Shown piece after piece: positions 40,665 to 49,249 of a stretch of DNA of 54,220 nucleotides. Below the pieces are notes generated by a model, which was given only the letters and a program-made list of their open reading frames with translations, was not told the DNA's origin and ran no database searches. Both the position numbers and the translations under genes were made by a program. Each line of letters begins with the position of its first letter. Positions within the stretch are counted from its first letter, which is position 1. Where the stretch lies: the IMG/VR virus record IMGVR_UViG_3300020222_000028, positions 1-54,220 of that record, one strand, 5' to 3'. The DNA is from a virus (lineage: Duplodnaviria; Caudoviricetes).

Positions 40665-42803
40665 ATGCTGAACATGGAAGTCAAGGGCAATCTTGCCCGA
40701 CTCCTCGCTACCGAAAACCTCATCGTTGAGCATCGCAAGGTTGAGACCGCCATGTTCAATGTGAAAGACCGTGTGCTCACGCTGCCTATGTGGGATGTGG
40801 CATCGCCCAACGTCTACGATATGCTCGTGGGGCATGAGGTGGGTCATGCTCTGTATACGCCTGACAAGTGGGGCGCGGACTATGGTATCCCCCAATCCTA
40901 TCTCAATGTCTGCGAAGATGCTCGCATTGAGAAAATGATGAAGCGTAAGTTTCCTGGTCTCGCTCGCAACTTCTACACTGGATACAAAGAGTTGCATGAT
41001 GCTGACTTCTTTGAAGTTGGTGAGCGCAGCATGGATTCCTATCAACTGATTGACCGTATCAATCTTTACTTTAAGATTGGCGTTCATGCTGGTGAGGTAT
41101 TCACTTGGAAACCTGAAGAAAAAGTTCTGGTTGATGAACTGGAAGTTGCAGAAACTTTTGATGAAGTTGTAGAAGTTGCTCGTAAGATTCTGCAGTATAC
41201 GCAGGAGCAGCAGAAGATTGAGGTGGAAATGGATACTGCCAACTCTACTCAAGGTGGGGGTGATTCTACCCCAGATGAGGGTGATAGTTCTGAAGGTCAG
41301 GGTGAGCAACCTCAGCAAGTTTCTGGTAACGGCAACCAAACTCAGGGTGGTGCTGATGCAGACCAACCACAGGATTCTGGCGATAGTTCTACTGCTGGTC
41401 AATCTGGTGGCACTGAGAACTTTGATTCTGAAACTGACAAGGCATTCAGCGAGAAGCAGAAGCAACTGTCTTCTAATCATTACTCGCAAGAACTTCACTA
41501 CATTGAGTTGCCGCCACTGAATGTTGAGACCTTTGTGATTCCTAACAAGCAGGTGATGGAAGATTGCGGTGTTACTTATGGTGAGCAGGGAGCATCTCTT
41601 TTCATTGAAGTAGATAGTTCGTATGCTAAGTTTCGTGCAGAAGCTCAGCGTGAGGTGAACTATCTGGTCAAAGAGTTTGAGATGCGTAAATCTGCTGACC
41701 AGTATGCTCGTGCATCTACTGCCAAGACTGGTATCCTTGACACTCAGAAACTCCACACCTACAAGTGGAATGAAGATGTGTTTAAGAAGATTAACATCGT
41801 GCCTGACGGTAAGAATCACGGTCTGATTTTTATTCTTGACTGGTCTGGTTCTATGGGTAACTGCCTGGTGGATACTGTTAAGCAACTGCTGAACCTCGCA
41901 TGGTTCTGTAAGAAAGTGCAGATTCCTTTTGACATCTATGCTTTCACTAATGATTACTGGGGTGCTCGTAACTACGATTACTCTTCTATGACTCGCACTA
42001 AATCTAAGAAGCACCACAAAGAAGTGCCTGGTTATGTTTCCATCTACGAAAACTTCCGTCTGCTGAATATGGTCAGCAGCAACGGTCGTAATGGTAAAGA
42101 CCTTGAAGCTCAACTGAAGAACTTCTGGCGTCTTGCTAACTGTGAAGGTGGGTATCGTTCTTACTGCAACCCTCCTGGTTACGGTCTGTCTGGCACTCCT
42201 CTCCATGAGGCAGCGATTTCTCTGACTGCTGTTATCCCTGACTTTCAGAAGCGTAACAAGGTGCAGAAAACTAACGTGGTTATTCTGACTGACGGCGAAT
42301 CTCAATCTATTAACTACATTGTTGAGAATCCTTATCGTCACACCCGTGTAGGTTACAACCATGTTGGCAATGATTGTGTACTGCGTGACCGTAAAACTGG
42401 GCGTGTTTATCCTCGCTTTGAGGGCGGATACTATGGTTGCTCTGATAAAATCACCAAAGTGTTTCTGCAGAATGTGCGTGACCGTTTCCCCGATGTCAAT
42501 CTTATTGGTATTCGTCTGATTAGTGGTCGTCATCTTCACAGTGCTTATAGCAATGGTGACTGTAAGATTCCTTATAGTGACATTCAAAAGCAGTGGCAGA
42601 AAACTAAATCTGCTGAGCTGGTTGATCATCTTGGTTATCAATCTCTTTATCTGATGGCACTTGATGGGTTGTCTGCTACCACTGAGTTTGAAGTGGAAGA
42701 TGATGCAACCAATAAGGAGATTGGCAACGCTTTCAAAAAAGCACTTGCCAAGAAAAGTGTCAATAAGAAGATGCTGACCTCCTTCGCCTCACTCATCAGT
42801 TAA
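40665..42803 (+). CDS. Metallopeptidase-like (HEXXH) plus vWA domain protein, CobT-like partner (712 aa)
   Basis: HEVGH...EDARIE, acidic linker, MIDAS DWSGS...T...LTDGE. Confidence 0.88.
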   Translation: MLNMEVKGNLARLLATENLIVEHRKVETAMFNVKDRVLTLPMWDVASPNVYDMLVGHEVGHALYTPDKWGADYGIPQSYLNVCEDARIEKMMKRKFPGLARNFYTGYKELHDADFFEVGERSMDSYQLIDRINLYFKIGVHAGEVFTWKPEEKVLVDELEVAETFDEVVEVARKILQYTQEQQKIEVEMDTANSTQGGGDSTPDEGDSSEGQGEQPQQVSGNGNQTQGGADADQPQDSGDSSTAGQSGGTENFDSETDKAFSEKQKQLSSNHYSQELHYIELPPLNVETFVIPNKQVMEDCGVTYGEQGASLFIEVDSSYAKFRAEAQREVNYLVKEFEMRKSADQYARASTAKTGILDTQKLHTYKWNEDVFKKINIVPDGKNHGLIFILDWSGSMGNCLVDTVKQLLNLAWFCKKVQIPFDIYAFTNDYWGARNYDYSSMTRTKSKKHHKEVPGYVSIYENFRLLNMVSSNGRNGKDLEAQLKNFWRLANCEGGYRSYCNPPGYGLSGTPLHEAAISLTAVIPDFQKRNKVQKTNVVILTDGESQSINYIVENPYRHTRVGYNHVGNDCVLRDRKTGRVYPRFEGGYYGCSDKITKVFLQNVRDRFPDVNLIGIRLISGRHLHSAYSNGDCKIPYSDIQKQWQKTKSAELVDHLGYQSLYLMALDGLSATTEFEVEDDATNKEIGNAFKKALAKKSVNKKMLTSFASLIS

Positions 42804-42814
42804 TCTAATCACTC

Positions 42815-42849
42815 GGGGGCTTGTGCCCCCACCCTTTTTCCTCTATAAT
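42815..42849 (+). promoter_or_regulatory. Hairpin overlapping an early-type promoter (TTGTGC-17-TATAAT)
   Basis: GGGGGC-TTGT-GCCCCC; -10 at 42844-42849. Confidence 0.65.
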
Positions 42850-42875
42850 ACTTACATACAAAACGACCCCACCCC

Positions 42876-43973
42876 ATGAAAAACTTTGAAGTCGCCCCCA
42901 TCATCGAGCGTTTCGGTCAGGTTGTGACTGCCGCTGACCTTCGCACCTATGCCGATGAAACTGGCACTACCTATCAAACTCTCACTAAGAAACTGGAATC
43001 GTTCAAGGTGCAGCGTGGTCTGTGGCATCTGACTGCTGTAGAGCAACTGGAACAAACCTATAATCAACCTGCTGTTGAACCTGTGGTAGAGAAAGTCGAA
43101 AACCTTATCCCCGATAAAGATGATAACTTCGTCAGCTTTGGTAACTTCACTGATATTAAAAAGATTATTTCTTCTCGTCAGTATTACCCTGTGTTCATCA
43201 CTGGTCTGTCTGGTAATGGTAAAACTTTCGGTGTAGAACAAGCTTGTGCCCAACTGAAGCGTGAACTGATTCGTGTCAACATCACTATTGAAACTGACGA
43301 GGATGACCTGATTGGTGGTTTCCGTCTTATCAACGGTGAAACTGTGTGGCACGATGGTCCTGTGGTTCAAGCACTGAATCGTGGCGCTATCCTGCTGCTG
43401 GATGAGATTGACCTTGCCTCTAACAAAATCCTCTGCCTGCAATCTGTGCTTGAGGGTAAGGGTGTCTTCCTTAAGAAGATTGGTAAGTATGTCAAACCCG
43501 CTGATGGTTTCAATGTGTTTGCAACCGCCAACACTAAGGGTAAAGGTTCTGATGATGGTCGCTTCATCGGCACTAACGTTCTCAACGAAGCCTTCCTTGA
43601 GCGTTTCCCTGTAACTTTTGAACAGGCATATCCTTCTGTCAAGGTTGAAACTGCCATTCTGAAGAAAGCTGCAGAGTCGCTGAATGCTTACGATGCTGAG
43701 TTTGTTGAGCGTCTGGTAGCATGGGCAGAGATTATTCGTAAGACCTTCTACGATGGTGGTGTTGACGAAATCATTTCTACTCGCCGCCTTGTGCATATCA
43801 TCCGTGCCTTCAGCATTTTCGGCAAGCGCAAGAAAGCCATTGATGTTTGTGTCGCTCGCTTTGATGACGAAACCAAGCAATCGTTCATGGAACTCTATTC
43901 CAAGATTGATGCTTCTATTGACACTACCAAAGATGAACCCGAACTGACTGTTGAAACTGATGTTACCTTCTGA
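42876..43973 (+). CDS. cobS: CobS/MoxR-like AAA+ ATPase
   Basis: GLSGNGKT, LLLDEID, TANTKG, LNEAFLERF, STRRL. Confidence 0.9.
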   Translation: MKNFEVAPIIERFGQVVTAADLRTYADETGTTYQTLTKKLESFKVQRGLWHLTAVEQLEQTYNQPAVEPVVEKVENLIPDKDDNFVSFGNFTDIKKIISSRQYYPVFITGLSGNGKTFGVEQACAQLKRELIRVNITIETDEDDLIGGFRLINGETVWHDGPVVQALNRGAILLLDEIDLASNKILCLQSVLEGKGVFLKKIGKYVKPADGFNVFATANTKGKGSDDGRFIGTNVLNEAFLERFPVTFEQAYPSVKVETAILKKAAESLNAYDAEFVERLVAWAEIIRKTFYDGGVDEIISTRRLVHIIRAFSIFGKRKKAIDVCVARFDDETKQSFMELYSKIDASIDTTKDEPELTVETDVTF

Positions 43974-44170
43974 TGTTTGAAAACCTCTCTCGCCACACCC
44001 TCATTCGTAAAAAAGATGGGGGTCTTTTTTTAATCAAGTGCCGTATCACTGAATCACATGGCAACAAAGAAGTATTTTGTTACCTTGGTCATCTCTACGT
44101 TACGGAGGTTGACTACGAAGCAGCAAAGTGCTATACTAACCAAATAGATTCTATTATCCAGGAAATCTAA
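43973..44170 (+). CDS. Hypothetical protein (65 aa)
   Basis: TGATG coupling with cobS; fills the gap to the next gene. Confidence 0.6.
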   Translation: MFENLSRHTLIRKKDGGLFLIKCRITESHGNKEVFCYLGHLYVTEVDYEAAKCYTNQIDSIIQEI

Positions 44171-44172
44171 CT

Positions 44173-44481
44173 ATGCAATGGAAATACAATGAAGACAAAA
44201 TCCTCAAAGAAGTTGAGGAGTATGTTGTGAGCACTTACGGTAGTCACTACTGTGGTCATAATGATGCCTATAATGACATTCAAACGATTGATTTGATGGC
44301 AGCAAAAGACCTGGCACCAGATTTTTGTCAGGCAAACATTCTCAAATACGGTAGTCGTTATGGTGACAAAGATGGTCATAACAAACGAGACCTTCTCAAA
44401 GTGATTCACTATGCTATGCTGCTGCTTCACTTTGATAGACACTATAGTCGCATGGAAAACGGTCTTGGAGAGTTTAAATGA
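44173..44481 (+). CDS. DUF3310-like protein
   Basis: HY...IQTID...FCQANILKY.SRYG.K...DLLK..HY. Confidence 0.75.
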   Translation: MQWKYNEDKILKEVEEYVVSTYGSHYCGHNDAYNDIQTIDLMAAKDLAPDFCQANILKYGSRYGDKDGHNKRDLLKVIHYAMLLLHFDRHYSRMENGLGEFK

Positions 44482-45140
44482 GCACAGTCGCACTATCTCA
44501 AACCACACTGAATATTCTAAAGAACTTCGCCACGATTAATAATGGCATCATTATCAAAAAGGGTAACACTCTACGAACCATTTCCAACGCTGAGAATATC
44601 CTGGCTGCGGCAAATGTGGAAGAATCTTTTCCTCAAACCTTTGCTATCTACGACCTCAACCAGTTTATTGCTGGTCTGTCTTTGTTTGACAATCCTTCTT
44701 TGGTGTTTGACAATAATGACTATGTTACTATCAAAGATGGGCGTAGTCGTGTCAAATATTATTTCTCAGACCCTGAGATTACACTCAAAACTGCACCAGA
44801 CAAATCGGTAAAGTATCCTGGTTCTGATATTCAGTTTACTCTGTCTGCCTCTGATATCGCCGCCATTCAAAAAGCAACTGGTATCTACAAGCTTCCTGAT
44901 TTAAATATCAGTTCCGATGAAGAGATTGTTCTTTCAGTTCGTGACAATGAAATCACAACGTCAAACACTTATGATATCATTGTTCCTGGAACATTTGAAG
45001 GTTCCCATTCTCTTGACCTGAAAGTAGAAAACATTCGTTTGCTTCAGGGTGATTATCAAGTGGGTGTTTCCAAGCATCACATTTCTAAATGGAAGCATCT
45101 GACACTTGACCTTACTTATTACATTGCGCTTGAACCTTGA
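44478..45140 (+). CDS. gp45: Sliding clamp gp45
   Basis: LKNFATIN, FAIYDLNQF, YYIALE. Confidence 0.95.
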   Translation: MSTVALSQTTLNILKNFATINNGIIIKKGNTLRTISNAENILAAANVEESFPQTFAIYDLNQFIAGLSLFDNPSLVFDNNDYVTIKDGRSRVKYYFSDPEITLKTAPDKSVKYPGSDIQFTLSASDIAAIQKATGIYKLPDLNISSDEEIVLSVRDNEITTSNTYDIIVPGTFEGSHSLDLKVENIRLLQGDYQVGVSKHHISKWKHLTLDLTYYIALEP

Positions 45141-46081
45141 TGAAAAACTTCCTGTGGGTGGAGGAATACAGACCTCATAAGATTGAAGATTGTATCCTCC
45201 CTACTTCGTTAAAGAAAGTATTTACTGGATTCATTGAGCAGGGTGAGATTTCTAATCTCTTGCTCTCTGGTCCTCCTGGCGTTGGTAAAACTACCGTTGC
45301 CAAAGCATTGTGTGAGCAACTCGAACTCAGTTACATTGTTATCAATGGTTCGGATGAAGGTCGTTTTCTTGATACAATCCGAACTCGTGTTAAACAGTTT
45401 GCTTCTACTATCAGTTTGACTGGTGGTGGTAAGCACAAGGTTGTGATTATTGATGAGGCAGATAACACCACCCATGATGTTCAGCTCTCGCTGCGAGCAT
45501 TCGTAGAAGAGTTTCATAGCAACTGTCGCTTCATCTTCACCTGCAACTTCATCAACAAAATCGTTGAACCGCTGCACTCACGCTGTACGGTCGTTGATTT
45601 CCGCATTAAGGCAGGCGAACAGCAGAAGTTACAGGCGCAGTTCTTTGAGCGCCTACAGGGCATCCTAGACGCCTCTGGCATGGCGTATGAGGACAAGGTG
45701 CTGGTCAAACTGATTCAGCGTTACTACCCCGACTGGCGACGCCTGCTGAACGAAGCGCAGCGTCACTCTGCCAGCGGTGCCCTTGACTCTGCTGTGCTCT
45801 GTGACATTGCTGATGTAAACACAGACCAGTTGATGCGAGCGATGAAGGGTAAGGAATATAATGTTGTGCGTCAGTGGGTGGTTGATAACATGGATAGTGA
45901 CCCTAACACTATCATTCGTAAAATCTACAACTCTTTGACTGAGGTGCTTGAAGGTTCTTCTATTCCTCCTGCTGTGTTGGTGCTTGCTAAGTATCAATAT
46001 CAGATTGCGTTCGTAGCTGATCAAGAGATTAATCTTCTCGCTTGTCTAACTGAAATTATGGTGGAGTGTAAGTTTAAATGA
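45137..46081 (+). CDS. gp44: Clamp loader large subunit gp44
   Basis: WVEEYRP, GPPGVGKTT, DEAD, HSRC. Confidence 0.97.
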   Translation: MMKNFLWVEEYRPHKIEDCILPTSLKKVFTGFIEQGEISNLLLSGPPGVGKTTVAKALCEQLELSYIVINGSDEGRFLDTIRTRVKQFASTISLTGGGKHKVVIIDEADNTTHDVQLSLRAFVEEFHSNCRFIFTCNFINKIVEPLHSRCTVVDFRIKAGEQQKLQAQFFERLQGILDASGMAYEDKVLVKLIQRYYPDWRRLLNEAQRHSASGALDSAVLCDIADVNTDQLMRAMKGKEYNVVRQWVVDNMDSDPNTIIRKIYNSLTEVLEGSSIPPAVLVLAKYQYQIAFVADQEINLLACLTEIMVECKFK

Positions 46082-46590
46082 TTGATTTTGCTCAGATTGA
46101 TTTGCCTTGGGTTGCTAGAACTCTCTCTACTATTTCCACTCCCACTGAAAATATTCAGTATTTTGATGTTGGGAGAATGGTGGAAATGATTTACGAGGAA
46201 TGTAGCAATGGGTTGCTGGTGAGGCAAAATAGTATTGGAGTTGATTTAGTTGACGGCAACAATGTCACTTATGAAAGTAAAAAGGTGACGTTTAAAAACG
46301 TTGCAAAAAAATCGGTTAGGGGTGCCATTGTTATGAATGGGTGGGGCGAAAAAGATGTGTCAGATTTTGTTCCTGCTGATTACTATATTTTTACCGACCC
46401 CAAACTGCTGAGAGCTTGTTGTGTTCCCAGTAATATGCTGTATAATATTAAGAAAAGCGGCACGAATATTGTTGCGTCATGTAATCCACAACCAGAGCAT
46501 TTTTTCCTAGATGGCGGTGAACGTATTGAAAGAGATTACTTCCATGAAAAAGAAATCTTTGCTAGAAACTTTATTCGGAGTATGAAATGA
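46078..46590 (+). CDS. Putative PD-(D/E)xK endonuclease (170 aa)
   Basis: G.MVE...GVD-x8-YESK motif spacing; ATGA-coupled on both sides. Confidence 0.55.
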   Translation: MIDFAQIDLPWVARTLSTISTPTENIQYFDVGRMVEMIYEECSNGLLVRQNSIGVDLVDGNNVTYESKKVTFKNVAKKSVRGAIVMNGWGEKDVSDFVPADYYIFTDPKLLRACCVPSNMLYNIKKSGTNIVASCNPQPEHFFLDGGERIERDYFHEKEIFARNFIRSMK

Positions 46591-47477
46591 AATCCCTGAA
46601 AACCCCTCTTCGTTATCCTGGTGGCAAATCTCGTGCCATGAAATATCTACTACCTAAGTTCCCTAAAGATATCACAGAATACCGTGAACCTTTTCTGGGT
46701 GGCGGCAGTCCTGCTATTGCATTCAGTAAGGAATACCCAGACATTCCTGTATGGGTGAATGACCTTTACAATCCTTTGTTTACTTTCTGGTGTATTCTGC
46801 GTGATGAAGTAGATGGTCTCTATGAGATTCTGAAAGGATATAAAGAAGAATACAATACACCTGATGCCGCCCGTGAACTATTCAATCAAATGAAGATTGA
46901 ACTGAACCACCCAGAATCAGAAGATCTTTATCGTGCTGCTGCTTTTTATGTCATCAACAAATGTAGTTTCTCTGGTCTGACAGAATCATCTTCATTCTCT
47001 CCACAAGCAAGTGACCACAACTTCACTATGCGTGGTATTGAGAATCTTCCTAAGTATTCTGAACTGATTCATAACTGGAAGATTACAAATCTCAACTACT
47101 GGGAGATGATGATGACATCTGCTCCTGTCGGAACATTCTGGTTTTTTGACCCTCCTTACGATATCAAAGATAATCTCTATGGTAAGAAAGGAGAACTTCA
47201 TAAAGGATTTGACCATCAGATGTTCCATGCTTACATCACTCAAGGTAATGTAAAAGATAACTGGATGATTACCTACAACACCAATCCTACTCTCATGGAG
47301 TGGTATGATGGATACAATCAAACCAAATGGGATTTAACTTATACTATGCGTTCTGTAGGTGACTACATGAATGAACAAAAAGACCGTGCAGAACTTTTGA
47401 TTACTAACTATGACGAAACCAACTCTATCCGAATATCTGACTTCTATCAATCAAACCAAGAAGTCGGTAGTTATTGA
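46587..47477 (+). CDS. dam: DNA N6-adenine methyltransferase, Dam/D12 family
   Basis: LRYPGGKS, EPFLGGG, ND, DPPY. Confidence 0.92.
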   Translation: MKSLKTPLRYPGGKSRAMKYLLPKFPKDITEYREPFLGGGSPAIAFSKEYPDIPVWVNDLYNPLFTFWCILRDEVDGLYEILKGYKEEYNTPDAARELFNQMKIELNHPESEDLYRAAAFYVINKCSFSGLTESSSFSPQASDHNFTMRGIENLPKYSELIHNWKITNLNYWEMMMTSAPVGTFWFFDPPYDIKDNLYGKKGELHKGFDHQMFHAYITQGNVKDNWMITYNTNPTLMEWYDGYNQTKWDLTYTMRSVGDYMNEQKDRAELLITNYDETNSIRISDFYQSNQEVGSY

Positions 47478-47796
47478 TGAAGAATCAGAAAAAGCATATC
47501 CACCTTTCATTGTAAACAAATGTCTATCTGCTTTCCATGACACAGTTCTCTTTGCCAATGAGATGAACATGTATCCTCAGTTGGATAAGAAGATGCAATA
47601 TGACTTTTTTATAAATAGTATCAATCCGCGTAAGCGGTTTTCGCCTTGGGCGAAAAAATCTCAAGTAGAATACCTTGATGCGATTAAGGAGTATTATGGT
47701 TATAATGACGATAAAGCTCTACAAGCATTGAGAATATTATCTAAGAATCAACTTGAACACATTAAAAAACTTGTAGACAAAGGTGGGAAACGATGA
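47410..47796 (+). CDS. gp62: Clamp loader small subunit gp62
   Basis: YPPFIVNKCLS, ANEMN, QYDF...RKRFS.W, KEYYGY. Confidence 0.93.
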   Translation: MTKPTLSEYLTSINQTKKSVVIDEESEKAYPPFIVNKCLSAFHDTVLFANEMNMYPQLDKKMQYDFFINSINPRKRFSPWAKKSQVEYLDAIKEYYGYNDDKALQALRILSKNQLEHIKKLVDKGGKR

Positions 47797-48221
47797 CTCC
47801 TGATATCGAAGTAGAATGGAAGCAAGCTGATATGGTTGAGGTTACTCTCAATGAACCTGATGATTTCCTCAAAGTTCGTGAGACCCTAACTCGCATCGGT
47901 GTTGCTTCTAGAAAAGAAAAAAAGATTTATCAATCTTGTCATATCTTACATAAGCAAGGCAAGTATTATATCGTTCACTTCAAGGAGCTGTTTGCTCTTG
48001 ACGGAAAGAATACAAATCTTTCAGTGAATGATGTTCAACGTAGAAACAGAATCATTCAACTCCTCAGTGACTGGGGATTGATTGCTGTTGTAAAAGCAGA
48101 TGCTATTGCAGATGTTGCGCCGTTGAATCAAATCAAGGTTCTGGCTTTCAAAGAGAAAGACGAATGGACGCTTGAAAGTAAATACAACATTGGTCGTAAG
48201 AAGACCGAAGCAACCGAATAA
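47793..48221 (+). CDS. regA: Translational repressor RegA
   Basis: DDFLKVRETLTRIGVAS, QSCHILHKQG.YYIVHFKE. Confidence 0.97.
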   Translation: MTPDIEVEWKQADMVEVTLNEPDDFLKVRETLTRIGVASRKEKKIYQSCHILHKQGKYYIVHFKELFALDGKNTNLSVNDVQRRNRIIQLLSDWGLIAVVKADAIADVAPLNQIKVLAFKEKDEWTLESKYNIGRKKTEATE

Positions 48222-48227
48222 TTTAGT

Positions 48228-48251
48228 AGGGAGTTCCACACTCCCTTTTTT
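48228..48251 (+). terminator. Rho-independent terminator after regA
   Basis: AGGGAGT-TCCAC-ACTCCCT followed by a T-run. Confidence 0.85.
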
Positions 48252-48276
48252 ATTGCTCTTTGATATATAATACTAT

Positions 48277-48331
48277 GAGATGCCTTAGGGGTCTCTAATA
48301 AAAACTCGCTTATTCAAGGAGCAATCAAATG
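48277..48331 (+). promoter_or_regulatory. ROSE-like RNA thermometer candidate in the hsp20 5' UTR
   Basis: 5' hairpin at 48277-48295; CUC-G-CUU (48305-48311) pairs with SD AAGGAG (48316-48321) leaving a bulged G. Confidence 0.6.
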
Positions 48332-48772
48332 ACGAATACATATACATGGGATGTTTACACCCCATTCAACGTAGGATTGGAAAATGTTTTTAATCGACTT
48401 GATGCTATGTCAGGTCACAATACAAACTATCCACCCTACAACATCATCAAAAACGATAATGCTAACTACGAAATTGAAGTCGCTCTGGCTGGATTTAAAT
48501 CAGATGAGATCGAGGTCTCTACTGAACAGAACATTCTCAGAGTTGCCTCTAAAGTTGAGAAACGAGATTCTGAAAGAACATACATTCATAAAGGTCTCTC
48601 CAAGCGTTCATTCTCCCACAGCTGGCAACTCGCAGATGATGTCAGAGTATCCTCTGTAGATTTTGCAGATGGTCTATTAACAATCTCATTGGAGAAGATC
48701 ATCCCAGAACATCAGAAACGTACTACATATAATATTGGTGCTGATAAGCAACAACTTCTAACCGAAGGATAA
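48329..48772 (+). CDS. hsp20: Small heat shock protein Hsp20
   Basis: NYPPYNI, ALAGF, HKGLS.RSF, DGLL.I.L. Confidence 0.95.
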   Translation: MTNTYTWDVYTPFNVGLENVFNRLDAMSGHNTNYPPYNIIKNDNANYEIEVALAGFKSDEIEVSTEQNILRVASKVEKRDSERTYIHKGLSKRSFSHSWQLADDVRVSSVDFADGLLTISLEKIIPEHQKRTTYNIGADKQQLLTEG

Positions 48773-48780
48773 ATAAACGC

Positions 48781-48852
48781 GGGGTAACCCAAATATCGTC
48801 GGCACCAGGGGCACGGCTGGTCAGAATCAGCCCTTGCCCCCTTTTATTTTTT
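48781..48852 (+). ncRNA. Candidate structured small RNA or long terminator downstream of hsp20
   Basis: Late motif GATAAATA at 48768-48775; stem GGGGCA-C-GGCTGGT-CAGA-ATCAGCC-CT-TGCCCC followed by a U-rich tail. Confidence 0.4.
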
Positions 48853-48862
48853 GTGTTATAAT
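48834..48862 (+). promoter_or_regulatory. sigma70-type promoter TTGCCC-17-TATAAT with extended -10
   Basis: TG-n-TATAAT at 48854-48862; drives the operon leading to gp43. Confidence 0.75.
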
Positions 48863-48886
48863 ATTGAAATCTATAGGAGATTTTTT

Positions 48887-49249
48887 ATGGTCCCAAAAAT
48901 TGTTTTGACAAAGTACGGAGAAAAACTAATCACTGCAGTCGGAGAAGTAACTGATACAGAAACAGGAAAGGGATTGGGGTTTGTTTTCAAATGCCCTTAT
49001 ACTTTGAGTATGACGCCTTCAGCAGAAGGACAGTTTTCTGTAAACTTTACTAAGTGGATTCCTTATTCTATTGATAATGAGTTTAAAGTTCCTTATGATG
49101 TTGTATCTGCTGTTGGAGAACCAGAACCAGATATTCTAAATGTTTATATTGAAAAGTTTGGAGATAGATTAAATGACAACGACACCGTATCAACCACTGA
49201 TTCAAGTGATAGTGCTGAAGAATCAGGATTATCTGATAGCGCAGATTGA
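48887..49249 (+). CDS. Hypothetical protein, Sm-like fold suspected (120 aa)
   Basis: AGGAG SD before ATG 48887; KIVLTKYGEKLI...P...WIPYS...VP.D.V. Confidence 0.75.
   Translation: MVPKIVLTKYGEKLITAVGEVTDTETGKGLGFVFKCPYTLSMTPSAEGQFSVNFTKWIPYSIDNEFKVPYDVVSAVGEPEPDILNVYIEKFGDRLNDNDTVSTTDSSDSAEESGLSDSAD

Noticed and set aside
40572-42641. 689-aa minus-strand ORF (and the 342-aa one at 42852-43880) as real genes
   Set aside because: They are in exact antisense register with well-supported genes and show no recognisable motifs; codon avoidance on the sense strand explains them.
43997-44031. Hairpin plus T-run inside the 65-aa ORF as a cobS terminator
   Set aside because: Large loop and G-U pairs within a translationally coupled ORF; too weak to call.
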